Below, piece by piece: positions 40,838 through 49,550 of a stretch of 61,102 nucleotides of DNA. The notes under the pieces are model-generated. The model was given only the letters and a program-made list of their open reading frames with translations. It did not search any database and was not told the origin of the DNA. The stretch's first letter is position 1. Every line of letters starts with the position of its first letter. A program made the position numbers and the translations under genes. Source of the DNA: Gammaproteobacteria bacterium (GTDB lineage: Bacteria > Pseudomonadota > Gammaproteobacteria > JAADHS01); contig JAADHS010000160.1 in NCBI GenBank assembly GCA_013151745.1, forward strand, positions 1 to 61,102. Reading direction: 5' to 3'.

Positions 40838-41104
40838 ATGGAAGGTAAGCACCAACATTCACATACCCACGAACATCAACACTCACATCAACATGAGCAT
40901 GTACATACGCACGAAGATGGCACTCAGCACAGTCACGGCCATGAACATAACCATGCGCACGCACATGGCCATGAACATGCGCATCAGCATAACCACGCGG
41001 CAGACAGCAATGAACATGACCATCAACATGAGGAAAGTGAACTAGAAGATCATGAGCACAACCACCCCGGCCATGAAAATGAATCCCACGATCATAGCCA
41101 TTAA
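40838..41104 (+). CDS. 88-aa His-rich protein (33 His), Hpn-like metal-storage candidate
   Basis: AAGGA RBS; runs of 11 and 12 alternating His joined by EDGTQ; downstream hairpin near 41125-41155. Confidence 0.85.
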   Translation: MEGKHQHSHTHEHQHSHQHEHVHTHEDGTQHSHGHEHNHAHAHGHEHAHQHNHAADSNEHDHQHEESELEDHEHNHPGHENESHDHSH

Positions 41105-41188
41105 AAAACCTACATAAACAAACACTCAGGCGTGTCTACGCAGTGCATGCCTGAGGTTAGTACCCTCTCAACAAAACGATAGATTAAT

Positions 41189-41225
41189 CTTAGAAAACGC
41201 AGTTGGACGCGAATGTAGAGTGCAA
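41189..41225 (+). repeat. Dispersed intergenic repeat, copy 4 (right bracket of the nikR locus)
   Basis: TAGAAAACGCAGTTGGACGCGAATGTAGAGTGCAA. Confidence 0.85.
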
Positions 41226-41295
41226 GTCGGATACGCACTAAAGAAGCAGTTATCAGTCAGGGCGTAATAAATTTTTTATTTTTACTCAGGCTAAA

Positions 41296-43761
41296 TCAAC
41301 GCCATTGAGATTCTGCCAACCACTTATCAAACTCATCGACTGGTAAAGGTCGACTGATGAAATATCCCTGCACCAAATCACACCCCAACTCAGCCAAGCG
41401 GTCATAACTTTCTTTATTTTCCACACCTTCCGCAATGACTTGCAAGCCAATATTGTGCGCCAAATCTATTATGGAACGCACAATGACCGCATCGTTGTCA
41501 TTGCTAAACATACCCATGACAAACCCCTTATCTATTTTTATTTCTTTCACAGGTAATTGTTTCAGATAGGCAAGAGAGGAATATCCCGTTCCAAAGTCAT
41601 CGATAGATAAATCAATGTTCATATCATTCAGATGCACCAACACCCCTTCCGCTCTTGCAGGATCGGCCATAATAGCTGTTTCGGTAATTTCGAACCAAAG
41701 CTTGCATTCGGCCCGCCCTAAATTACTCACAATATTAGAAACACGTCGAGGAAAGTCGCTATCCTGAAGGTTTCGCACCGATAGATTAATGGCCATATCA
41801 ACATGGATGCCTGCTTCGTACCATGTGCTTAGCTGCATCAAAGCACGCTTCAACACCCATAACGTCAGAGGCAAAATCAAACCACTTTGCTCAGCAAAAG
41901 GGATAAATGAATCCGGCAACATCAAACCTCGCTTAGGATGCTGCCAACGAACCAGGGCTTCAACACCCATCAAACGTCCAGATTGTAAACTTACTTTAGG
42001 TTGAAAATACAAGACGAGTTGATTTTGCTCTATGGCCTCTCTCAAATCACCCAATAGAGCCAAACTACTCGGTTTGTGCTCATCTTTTGCGGGGTCGTAA
42101 ATAGAAAAACCTTGAGCTGCGCGCTTGGCAACATACATTGCAACATCAGCCATTCTCAGCAATGTCATTTCATCCTTTGCATGCTCCGGATAAAGTGCCG
42201 CACCAATACTCCCACCCACATGTAACAATTGATCATCGATAAGAAATGCATTTTCCAATGAAAACAGCATTTTTTTAGCCACTTTTTCTGCATGTTCTAT
42301 ATCAGAAGAAGGCAATAACACAGCAAACTCATCGCCGCCCAAGCGGGCAATGGTATCGGACTCACGCAAAGTTTCTCGCATTCGAACAGCAACTTGCTGC
42401 AACACCACATCACCATAGTGATGTCCCAAAGTATCATTAATTTCTTTGAAGTGATCCAGATCCATTAACAATAAACTAAACTGCTCACCGGATCTCTGCG
42501 CCAATAAAACAGTCTGCTTTAATCGGTCCGTCAATAAGGTACGGTTAGGCAAACCCGTCAAGCTGTCATGCAATGCGGCATGCTCCATGATCGCCATTTG
42601 ACGCTTTCGTTCCGTAATGTCCCTGATCACACCAACAAAATAACGCCCATCATCAAGCAACATTTCACTGACACTCAACTCAATAGGAAAAATAGTACCA
42701 TCTTTTTTTAAGCCCTCCAGTTCACGAGCCGGTAGACCAATTATTTTCGGCTCCCCTTCATTCACATAAGCATTTACCGGTTTTTCATGGTGAGCAGCAT
42801 AAGGTTCCGGCATCAATACTTCAATCGACGCCCCAAATAATTCTTCATATTGATAACCAAAGGTCTGCAATGCAGCAGGATTAACTGATTCTATCTTACC
42901 CTGCTCATCCATAATTAAAATTCCTTCAAGTACACTATCCATGACGGCACTAACCCGGACTTCACTCTGCCGAATATGCTTTTGCATTTCGTTAAAACGT
43001 GCAGCTAACCTGCCTAATTCATCTTTTCGGTCAACCAATAGAAGAACTTCCCGGTCCCCTTCTGCAACGCTGGATATAGCGGTGAAAAGTTCAGACAACG
43101 GATCTAACACACTCCATCGAAAAATAAAAAAGAGTGCACTACCCAAGATTGAAACTAGGACGAAGGCAATAATCCACAAGTTGCGCTGTAACTGCGTGAT
43201 GCGTGCTGCTCTCGTTTCTGTGGAAATTGAAAGTTTCAGTACCCCTCTCAGACTAGCGCTTTCATAACCATGGCATGACAAACATGCGGTATCAGCCTTA
43301 ATCGGCATAAGCACCGTTATTTCATCGTTATCACCTAAGTTAAAAGAGGTGTTGCCACGCAGAGCCTGCTGAAAAAAATCGGCATCCGCTATTTGTATCT
43401 GTTGGAGAGGGGAAGGGGTTCGCTCAAATATGGGAATACTCAAGAATTCGTTAACGGCATTAACCGTTGATAAATCTGTGAAGGCTTCATTACCATCACG
43501 TCTGTAAATTTTAATATCCGCAATACCCTCGGCCTTGCCCATTCTATCCAGCCACTGGCGTGCGAGCGTACCTTGGCCATTGAGCATCAGCGTTTGTAAA
43601 CTGGCAAGCAACGTCTTGGCATGAACTTCTGCCTGATCAATTTCTTCTTGATAAATAGTATTGACCAACTGCTTCTGGATCCAAAACCCAGCCACCAACA
43701 TCAGCATAAACAAAACAGCCGACATCAATAAAGCCAAGCGCGTTCCCAGACTATTCATCAC
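41296..43761 (-). CDS. Membrane c-di-GMP cyclase/phosphodiesterase with periplasmic heme-c, HAMP, PAS, GGDEF and EAL domains
   Basis: Two TMs flanking CLSCH; DELGRLA; MPEPYAAHH PAS; RLGGDEF; EALVRW and DDFGTGYSS. Confidence 0.93.
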   Translation of the reverse strand: MMNSLGTRLALLMSAVLFMLMLVAGFWIQKQLVNTIYQEEIDQAEVHAKTLLASLQTLMLNGQGTLARQWLDRMGKAEGIADIKIYRRDGNEAFTDLSTVNAVNEFLSIPIFERTPSPLQQIQIADADFFQQALRGNTSFNLGDNDEITVLMPIKADTACLSCHGYESASLRGVLKLSISTETRAARITQLQRNLWIIAFVLVSILGSALFFIFRWSVLDPLSELFTAISSVAEGDREVLLLVDRKDELGRLAARFNEMQKHIRQSEVRVSAVMDSVLEGILIMDEQGKIESVNPAALQTFGYQYEELFGASIEVLMPEPYAAHHEKPVNAYVNEGEPKIIGLPARELEGLKKDGTIFPIELSVSEMLLDDGRYFVGVIRDITERKRQMAIMEHAALHDSLTGLPNRTLLTDRLKQTVLLAQRSGEQFSLLLMDLDHFKEINDTLGHHYGDVVLQQVAVRMRETLRESDTIARLGGDEFAVLLPSSDIEHAEKVAKKMLFSLENAFLIDDQLLHVGGSIGAALYPEHAKDEMTLLRMADVAMYVAKRAAQGFSIYDPAKDEHKPSSLALLGDLREAIEQNQLVLYFQPKVSLQSGRLMGVEALVRWQHPKRGLMLPDSFIPFAEQSGLILPLTLWVLKRALMQLSTWYEAGIHVDMAINLSVRNLQDSDFPRRVSNIVSNLGRAECKLWFEITETAIMADPARAEGVLVHLNDMNIDLSIDDFGTGYSSLAYLKQLPVKEIKIDKGFVMGMFSNDNDAVIVRSIIDLAHNIGLQVIAEGVENKESYDRLAELGCDLVQGYFISRPLPVDEFDKWLAESQWR

Positions 43762-43833
43762 CCAACCACAACCTTGTTTCCGCCGCTATAAACACAAACC
43801 ACCTATAAGCGCGCTCTTTGGTTTTCTACAATG

Positions 43834-45114
43834 TTACGGCTTTTGTATATCAGACCAGGTACTTTGAGCAATGCGCGCGACACCACCAAAACTACCTATC
43901 CAAATACTATCTTCAACGCCATCAGCCATGGAAAATACATTATTTGCAAACAAGCCATCACGCACTGTGAAATTGGTAAATGTGTTTTTTTCCTGATCCA
44001 TTCGTGCCAAGCCTTTACTCGTACCGACCCATAACGTATCACTCGTATCCATATAGAGCATAAAAATATGATTGCCTGGCAAGCCATCTGCCGTAGTGAA
44101 ATTCGTCCATTTATTTCCATCAAAATGAGCCAGCCCACCGCCCCAGGTGCCTGCCCAAACATCGCCGGACGCATCAACTTCCAAGGAAATAATATAATTA
44201 GGATTATAAGCGACATCGATATCCGACAAACCTTGCTCTGCTTTTTGTTGAGCATGATGCCGGGATGCTTTTGCCGGATCATTGGTAAATTTTATGGCAT
44301 CTCGCACTGATTCGATCGGCGCACCCAAACCATCTTCATGCTGCCAGTTTGTCCATTTTCCGTCTTGATAACGCGCCAAACCCGTTTCAGTTGCAAACCA
44401 CATCTCGCCATTCACACCTTCTTCAACACCGTAAACCCAGGGGTTGGGTAAGCCACCCTCTGTATTTTCTACCGTAAACGTATCCCAGCCCTCAGGGTCA
44501 TCCAAACGAGCACCCGCGACTCGATTCACACCAGACCAGGTCGCGATCCAAAGATCGCCATTGCTTGCCAGCTGGCTGTCATAAACAAATTGATCCGCCA
44601 AACCTTGCGGTACATTGTAATTGGACCACAAACCCGTGTTGACGTCCATGACCGACAAGCCTCCACCATAACTCCCGACCAGAAGACGATCATCAATACG
44701 GCTAACGTGAAAAATACCATTCGACAAAATACCGGGAGTTTTATTATCAAATACCGTGTATTGATCCGAACTTGTATCATAACGTATTACCCCACCGGAG
44801 GTTGCGAACCAAACTTGTCCGGCTTCCGCATAAATACCTTTGACATTGCGATTACCAATTTCAAAATGCGCAATACGCCCGGTATCAGGCAAACCTACCG
44901 TACCTGCTCCCGAATCCAGAATTTGTGCGCGTGCAGTTGCAGTTTGAATGGGCTGGGAAGAAGAGACATCGGTATTTATACTTGCGTCGGGCAAGTCACT
45001 CTCTTTAACAACCGTTTGCTCTTTAACAATCGGTTCTTGTTGTCCCAGATTATAAGAAAACAGCGCAATAGCCACGGCAATAACTAAAAAAATTCCAATT
45101 TTTTGGTAACCCAT
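43834..45114 (-). CDS. Exported beta-propeller protein (two-component-regulator propeller repeats)
   Basis: N-terminal TM; repeats W(F/I/V)(A/G)TxxG(L/V) and DGLxxNxV; YNPNY motif. Confidence 0.85.
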   Translation of the reverse strand: MGYQKIGIFLVIAVAIALFSYNLGQQEPIVKEQTVVKESDLPDASINTDVSSSQPIQTATARAQILDSGAGTVGLPDTGRIAHFEIGNRNVKGIYAEAGQVWFATSGGVIRYDTSSDQYTVFDNKTPGILSNGIFHVSRIDDRLLVGSYGGGLSVMDVNTGLWSNYNVPQGLADQFVYDSQLASNGDLWIATWSGVNRVAGARLDDPEGWDTFTVENTEGGLPNPWVYGVEEGVNGEMWFATETGLARYQDGKWTNWQHEDGLGAPIESVRDAIKFTNDPAKASRHHAQQKAEQGLSDIDVAYNPNYIISLEVDASGDVWAGTWGGGLAHFDGNKWTNFTTADGLPGNHIFMLYMDTSDTLWVGTSKGLARMDQEKNTFTNFTVRDGLFANNVFSMADGVEDSIWIGSFGGVARIAQSTWSDIQKP

Positions 45115-45136
45115 TAACCTCAGCCTCTAACTACGA

Positions 45137-46330
45137 TTACTTCTTCTGTTGCTGTCGCTCAGCGGGTTTGCCTTTAGCCAAACGCGCCACGCCCGTTCGT
45201 GTACCGACCCATATTTCACCCGCTGGAGTGGCTTGTATCGCATAAATACTATTACCCATTAAACCGTCTTTGCTTTGATAGGTCTGCCAGTTTTCACCAT
45301 CATAATAAGACAAACCTTGATTAGTACCAAACCAATAATTTCCATCTGCATCTTGATCCATGCTAAAGACCACATTACTTGCCAAGCCATCTTGAACCGT
45401 ATAGTTATGCCACTTTTTACCATCATAACGACTCACGCCCCCACCCCAGGTACCCACCCAAACATCACCAGAATCTGCTACCATCAAACAGAACACATAG
45501 TTTGGATTATAGGTTTCTCGCCCTTCGGTCAATATGCCCAGGTCATGGCGAGAGCGGGTACCCAGCCCAGTATTAATGCTGGTGGGTAAATCGGCTTCGT
45601 TGGCAGCGCCCATACCTTCTTTATTTGTCCAGGCGTGCCATGTCTCACCATCGTACATGGAGACGCCCCCTTCCGTACCCAGCCACACTCGATCCTGGGC
45701 ATCAACATCGATACCATAGACCCATTCATTGACCAGCTCTTCAACATAAGTTTCGAAATTCTCTCGCGCCGCATCCAGCCTGTTTACACCCGCCCAAGTA
45801 CCGATCCATAAAGTGCCATCGGACTGTTCAGTGATCGAATAAACCCAATAATCGGCTAAGCCGTGCATTGGAAAAAAGGTCTCCCATTCGCCCTTTTTAT
45901 AGGCCGTCAAACCACCGCCATTCGTGCCAAACCAACTGACTCCGGTTTTATCGACAAAAGCAGAAAAAATATATTCATTCGCCAGACCCTCCGCTCTTGT
46001 AAACACATCGCGCACATCTCGACTGAGTAAATCGATATAAAGCAGGCCGACTGAGGTGCCTATCCAAATGGCTCGTTCTGCTTTGTCCATCGCCAAAGAT
46101 CGTACATAAACATCTTTACCCACACCAAATGCTTCATGCACATAAAAGGTTTTTGCTTGCTGTACATTTTCATCGTTTTTTTGTGAAGGAAAAACGAGAG
46201 TAGACGTTTCAGCGGGCGCCTTAGGCAAGGAGGCATCAGAATCAAGTGCCTCCGAACCAGAGCTACACGATAACAACCCACCCAAAATACAAAATATAGA
46301 AAAATTTTTAAGAGTGGTCGAATACATCAA
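45137..46330 (-). CDS. Beta-propeller lipoprotein, paralog of the adjacent gene
   Basis: Lipobox GLLSC; same propeller repeats; SRH...YNPNY motif. Confidence 0.85.
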   Translation of the reverse strand: MMYSTTLKNFSIFCILGGLLSCSSGSEALDSDASLPKAPAETSTLVFPSQKNDENVQQAKTFYVHEAFGVGKDVYVRSLAMDKAERAIWIGTSVGLLYIDLLSRDVRDVFTRAEGLANEYIFSAFVDKTGVSWFGTNGGGLTAYKKGEWETFFPMHGLADYWVYSITEQSDGTLWIGTWAGVNRLDAARENFETYVEELVNEWVYGIDVDAQDRVWLGTEGGVSMYDGETWHAWTNKEGMGAANEADLPTSINTGLGTRSRHDLGILTEGRETYNPNYVFCLMVADSGDVWVGTWGGGVSRYDGKKWHNYTVQDGLASNVVFSMDQDADGNYWFGTNQGLSYYDGENWQTYQSKDGLMGNSIYAIQATPAGEIWVGTRTGVARLAKGKPAERQQQKK

Positions 46331-46344
46331 ATCGTCTTCTCAAT

Positions 46345-46656
46345 CTAGAGGAAAGTTCGAAGGTAAGCAACAACATCATCCATCTCATCACGAGTCAGAA
46401 TCCCCTGAAAAGCAGGCATGATTTCTTTACCTTGCTCGATAATGTCAAGCAAATCCCTGTTCGGTTTGAATAAACCCTGACCTCGGGTAAAATCCGGTAC
46501 ACTCGGCATCGTCCCCCGCCCGTCATTACCATGACAGGTCGTACAGTGACGACTGTATATTTGTCCACCATTGGCAGAATCAGCAGCATAAGTCACGCCA
46601 CTCAATAACAAACCCACAAGAAACATCGCGACGACACCCTGTCTTTTTTTAATCAT
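46345..46656 (-). CDS. Small monoheme c-type cytochrome
   Basis: Signal peptide, CTTCH, distal IMPAF; start moved to 46656. Confidence 0.9.
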   Translation of the reverse strand: MIKKRQGVVAMFLVGLLLSGVTYAADSANGGQIYSRHCTTCHGNDGRGTMPSVPDFTRGQGLFKPNRDLLDIIEQGKEIMPAFQGILTRDEMDDVVAYLRTFL

Positions 46657-46681
46657 GATTTCACTCCGAGTTTTTTCTGCC

Positions 46682-47245
46682 TTATTCAAGTTTATTAATT
46701 TCTTGTGTGATTTGATCAACCATGGTGCGCGTATGCCAAACTTGCTCGCCCACATAACGTGCAATTAAACGGCCATTCTTATCAATTAAAAAGGTATGTG
46801 GATAAGCCACAATGCCCAGCTTTTCATTCGCTTCTAGCCCGTCAATGTCGACATAATTATTGTAAGTCACCCCTTGGTCAGACAAATACTCCTGAACCAG
46901 GTCAACATCATGATCAATAGACAGGCCAACCACTGCAAAAGCATGTTCTTTTAGAATTTGCTCTAACTTTTCCAAACTCGGCAATTCTTTGCGACAGGGT
47001 GGACACCAGGTCGCCCAAAGATTCAAGAGCACAACTTTATCCTGTAGTCGTGCATTCAGCGATATCGGCTCTCCCTGCAATGTGCTCACGCTTAGCTCAG
47101 GAAAAGAGGTGCCTAGCGTGAGGCTATCAGGTGCCAGCTCTGATTGTTCACAGCCGCCCAACAACACACTAGCCATCAGCATCAATAACAGCTGGGTCTG
47201 TCTTTTTTTAAAACCTGAACTCTGCTTATGGCACCACATTGTCAA
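46682..47245 (-). CDS. TlpA-family thiol:disulfide oxidoreductase, probable lipoprotein
   Basis: LLGGC lipobox; NLWATWCPPCRKELP; start uncertain. Confidence 0.9.
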   Translation of the reverse strand: MTMWCHKQSSGFKKRQTQLLLMLMASVLLGGCEQSELAPDSLTLGTSFPELSVSTLQGEPISLNARLQDKVVLLNLWATWCPPCRKELPSLEKLEQILKEHAFAVVGLSIDHDVDLVQEYLSDQGVTYNNYVDIDGLEANEKLGIVAYPHTFLIDKNGRLIARYVGEQVWHTRTMVDQITQEINKLE

Positions 47246-48521
47246 TCATAATATTCAGCCCGACCTGGCCCACATCAATCACGGCCGTTGTGCCTTCGAA
47301 ATCACCACTTTGAGCGATGGCATCGCCTGACCTGGATATCCGGGCACTCACAATAATTTGCGGATAATCAGCCAGCGACATGCCCGACATCATCGCCATT
47401 TTTTCATCTAGAGTAAATTCATATGGCAAATCTTGCGCTTGTTTTTTCACTATCGCTAATGGCATACGCGGCCCGTCCACTGCACGCGCATAAATAAAAA
47501 CGGTATCAGTCGGTGAAATTTGTTCTTGATACTCTGGGTCAACTCGTACTGTACCCGAGACGAAAGTCGGGCCTTTTATCACCGCAGCGACCCGTTCTTC
47601 TTCTGGCGGAATAGCACGACCCTCTGCCCTGAGTCGCGCCTCTATCTCGGCTATATTGGTCTCCATTGTATTCGCTTCTTGCGAACCGGGCTGAACGATA
47701 TTTTTCAGTCTACGCCAATAAGACAAAGCAAGCTCATAATCACCCCGTTCATAATGATACGTTCCAGCCAGCCACAAAGATTGAACATTAACCGGGTTTA
47801 ACTCCAATGATTTTCGAATTAAACGCATAGGTCGACCATCCAGACTACCTTCTGCTGCCATGGCAAGCGTATCGGCAAAATCAGCAAGCAGTTGCGGATT
47901 TGTTTCAACCAACGGCATCGCTTTTTCAAACGCGATAACCGCATCAGCGTGTTTTTGTTGAAAGCGGTAAGAACGCGCCAACATCAACCAGCCTTCGATA
48001 TCATCAGGATTTTCTTCTAAACTCGCTGCCAACTGGTTCACCATCGCTTCAACCTGGGCACCGGTATCCGGATGTTCCACTGAAGCACTACCTGTATCGG
48101 AACCTTCTCCAGCTACCGCTACAACCGGAGGAACACCCGTCACCGCCGTTGGACTGCCTAACTCCATATAGAGTAAAATAGAACACAAGGGAATAAGCAC
48201 AGCCAAAGCAATCACTAATGGGCGGCCACTCGGCTCTGTTGTTGTCTGAGTGGTCGACCCACTGGCATTTTTTTTTGCACCCTCCACATCTTGCAAGAGA
48301 CGACGTTCAATTTCATGCTTCGTGCGCTCATAATATTCAAGGGTAATAGCACCATTTTGATTGTCGCGTTCCAGTTCAGCGAGCTGATCTTTATATATTG
48401 ATACGTTCAGTTCATCATGTTCAATGACTTTATCAGCCACCCTCTTGGACAACAAAGGCGGCAATACAAACAGCATTGCGGCAACAAAAAGACTAGCCGC
48501 AATAATCCAAAAAACAACCAT
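47226..48521 (-). CDS. ccmI: Cytochrome c biogenesis protein CcmI/CycH
   Basis: NVSIYKDQLAELE, EIERRLL, TPRs (GWLMLARSY), GPRMPLA...ARISRSG. Confidence 0.93.
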   Translation of the reverse strand: MVVFWIIAASLFVAAMLFVLPPLLSKRVADKVIEHDELNVSIYKDQLAELERDNQNGAITLEYYERTKHEIERRLLQDVEGAKKNASGSTTQTTTEPSGRPLVIALAVLIPLCSILLYMELGSPTAVTGVPPVVAVAGEGSDTGSASVEHPDTGAQVEAMVNQLAASLEENPDDIEGWLMLARSYRFQQKHADAVIAFEKAMPLVETNPQLLADFADTLAMAAEGSLDGRPMRLIRKSLELNPVNVQSLWLAGTYHYERGDYELALSYWRRLKNIVQPGSQEANTMETNIAEIEARLRAEGRAIPPEEERVAAVIKGPTFVSGTVRVDPEYQEQISPTDTVFIYARAVDGPRMPLAIVKKQAQDLPYEFTLDEKMAMMSGMSLADYPQIIVSARISRSGDAIAQSGDFEGTTAVIDVGQVGLNIMIDNVVP

Positions 48522-48524
48522 AAC

Positions 48525-49004
48525 CTACTTCTCCCCCGCCTCTTTATTAAGTAGAGCGGATACTCTGACCTGATCTTCCTTAGATAAGGGAGTCATATCA
48601 TCAATCACATTATCTTTTGTACGTGCTAAATTTTTGTATAGTAAAGCCAGCGCACCAAAGAATAATAAAGCCGGACCTAACCAAAGTGCTAAAGTAGAAA
48701 GCTTAAAAGCAGGTCGGTATCTTACAAAATCGCCGTAACGCTCTTCCATATAGCTCACTATTTCAGTTTCACCTTTTCCTTCTTCCACCATTTCACGAAC
48801 CTGTCGTCGTAAGTCAACGGCCACCCCAGCATCCGAGTCGGCTATAGTCTGGTTTTGACAAACCAGACAACGCAGCTCTTTAGAGATCTCCATGACCTGG
48901 GCTTCAACAACGGGATCCTCAGCCATGGGCGTCGCTTCTTTAGCCAAGCTATCCGTAACCCCAATTGCCAATAAAATAATAACCAGGCTAAAAAAGCGCA
49001 TCAC
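48525..49004 (-). CDS. ccmH: Cytochrome c biogenesis protein CcmH
   Basis: LRCLVCQNQ, RYGDFVRY. Confidence 0.95.
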   Translation of the reverse strand: MMRFFSLVIILLAIGVTDSLAKEATPMAEDPVVEAQVMEISKELRCLVCQNQTIADSDAGVAVDLRRQVREMVEEGKGETEIVSYMEERYGDFVRYRPAFKLSTLALWLGPALLFFGALALLYKNLARTKDNVIDDMTPLSKEDQVRVSALLNKEAGEK

Positions 49005-49546
49005 CCCTGCAACTCCTTGATTTTTGGAATAATAATTTTTTCTAAATCCTGGTACGTAACCGGACCGATATGCTTGTATTGAATGATGCCATTTTTATCA
49101 ATAATAAACGTTTCCGGCGCACCATAAACACCCCAGTCAATAGCCACACGACCCTCATAATCAAATGCAATATAAGTATAGGGATCCCCACCATGTGTAC
49201 GCAACCACAGCTGTCCGTCTTTACGCTCATCTTTATAGTTAAGCCCAACGATCGCCACAAAATTGCGCTTGGCTAATTCTATAAAAGCAGGATGCTCAAT
49301 ACGACACGAAGGACACCACGACGCCCAAACATTAAACAACCATACTTTTCCCTTCATCTGGCTCGTAGAAAAAGTTGCGTTGGCATCGTGCAGTGTAGGC
49401 AGCTCAAATACCGGCGCTGCTTTACCAATCAAAGGTGAGGGTACTTCTGAAGGCTTCAGAGATAACCCCCTATATAAAAAACCAGCCAAAATCAAAAACA
49501 GAGCCAAAGGCAACAAATAACGAAGAGAACGAAAAAAACGAGCCAT
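49001..49546 (-). CDS. ccmG: Thiol:disulfide interchange protein CcmG/DsbE
   Basis: WASWCPSCRIEHP, GLNYKD, GVYGAPET. Confidence 0.95.
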   Translation of the reverse strand: MARFFRSLRYLLPLALFLILAGFLYRGLSLKPSEVPSPLIGKAAPVFELPTLHDANATFSTSQMKGKVWLFNVWASWCPSCRIEHPAFIELAKRNFVAIVGLNYKDERKDGQLWLRTHGGDPYTYIAFDYEGRVAIDWGVYGAPETFIIDKNGIIQYKHIGPVTYQDLEKIIIPKIKELQG

Positions 49547-49550
49547 AATA

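Noticed and set aside
3231-41225. Approximately 30-bp repeat as a CRISPR repeat
   Set aside because: Copies are kilobases apart in both orientations, with no spacers or cas genes
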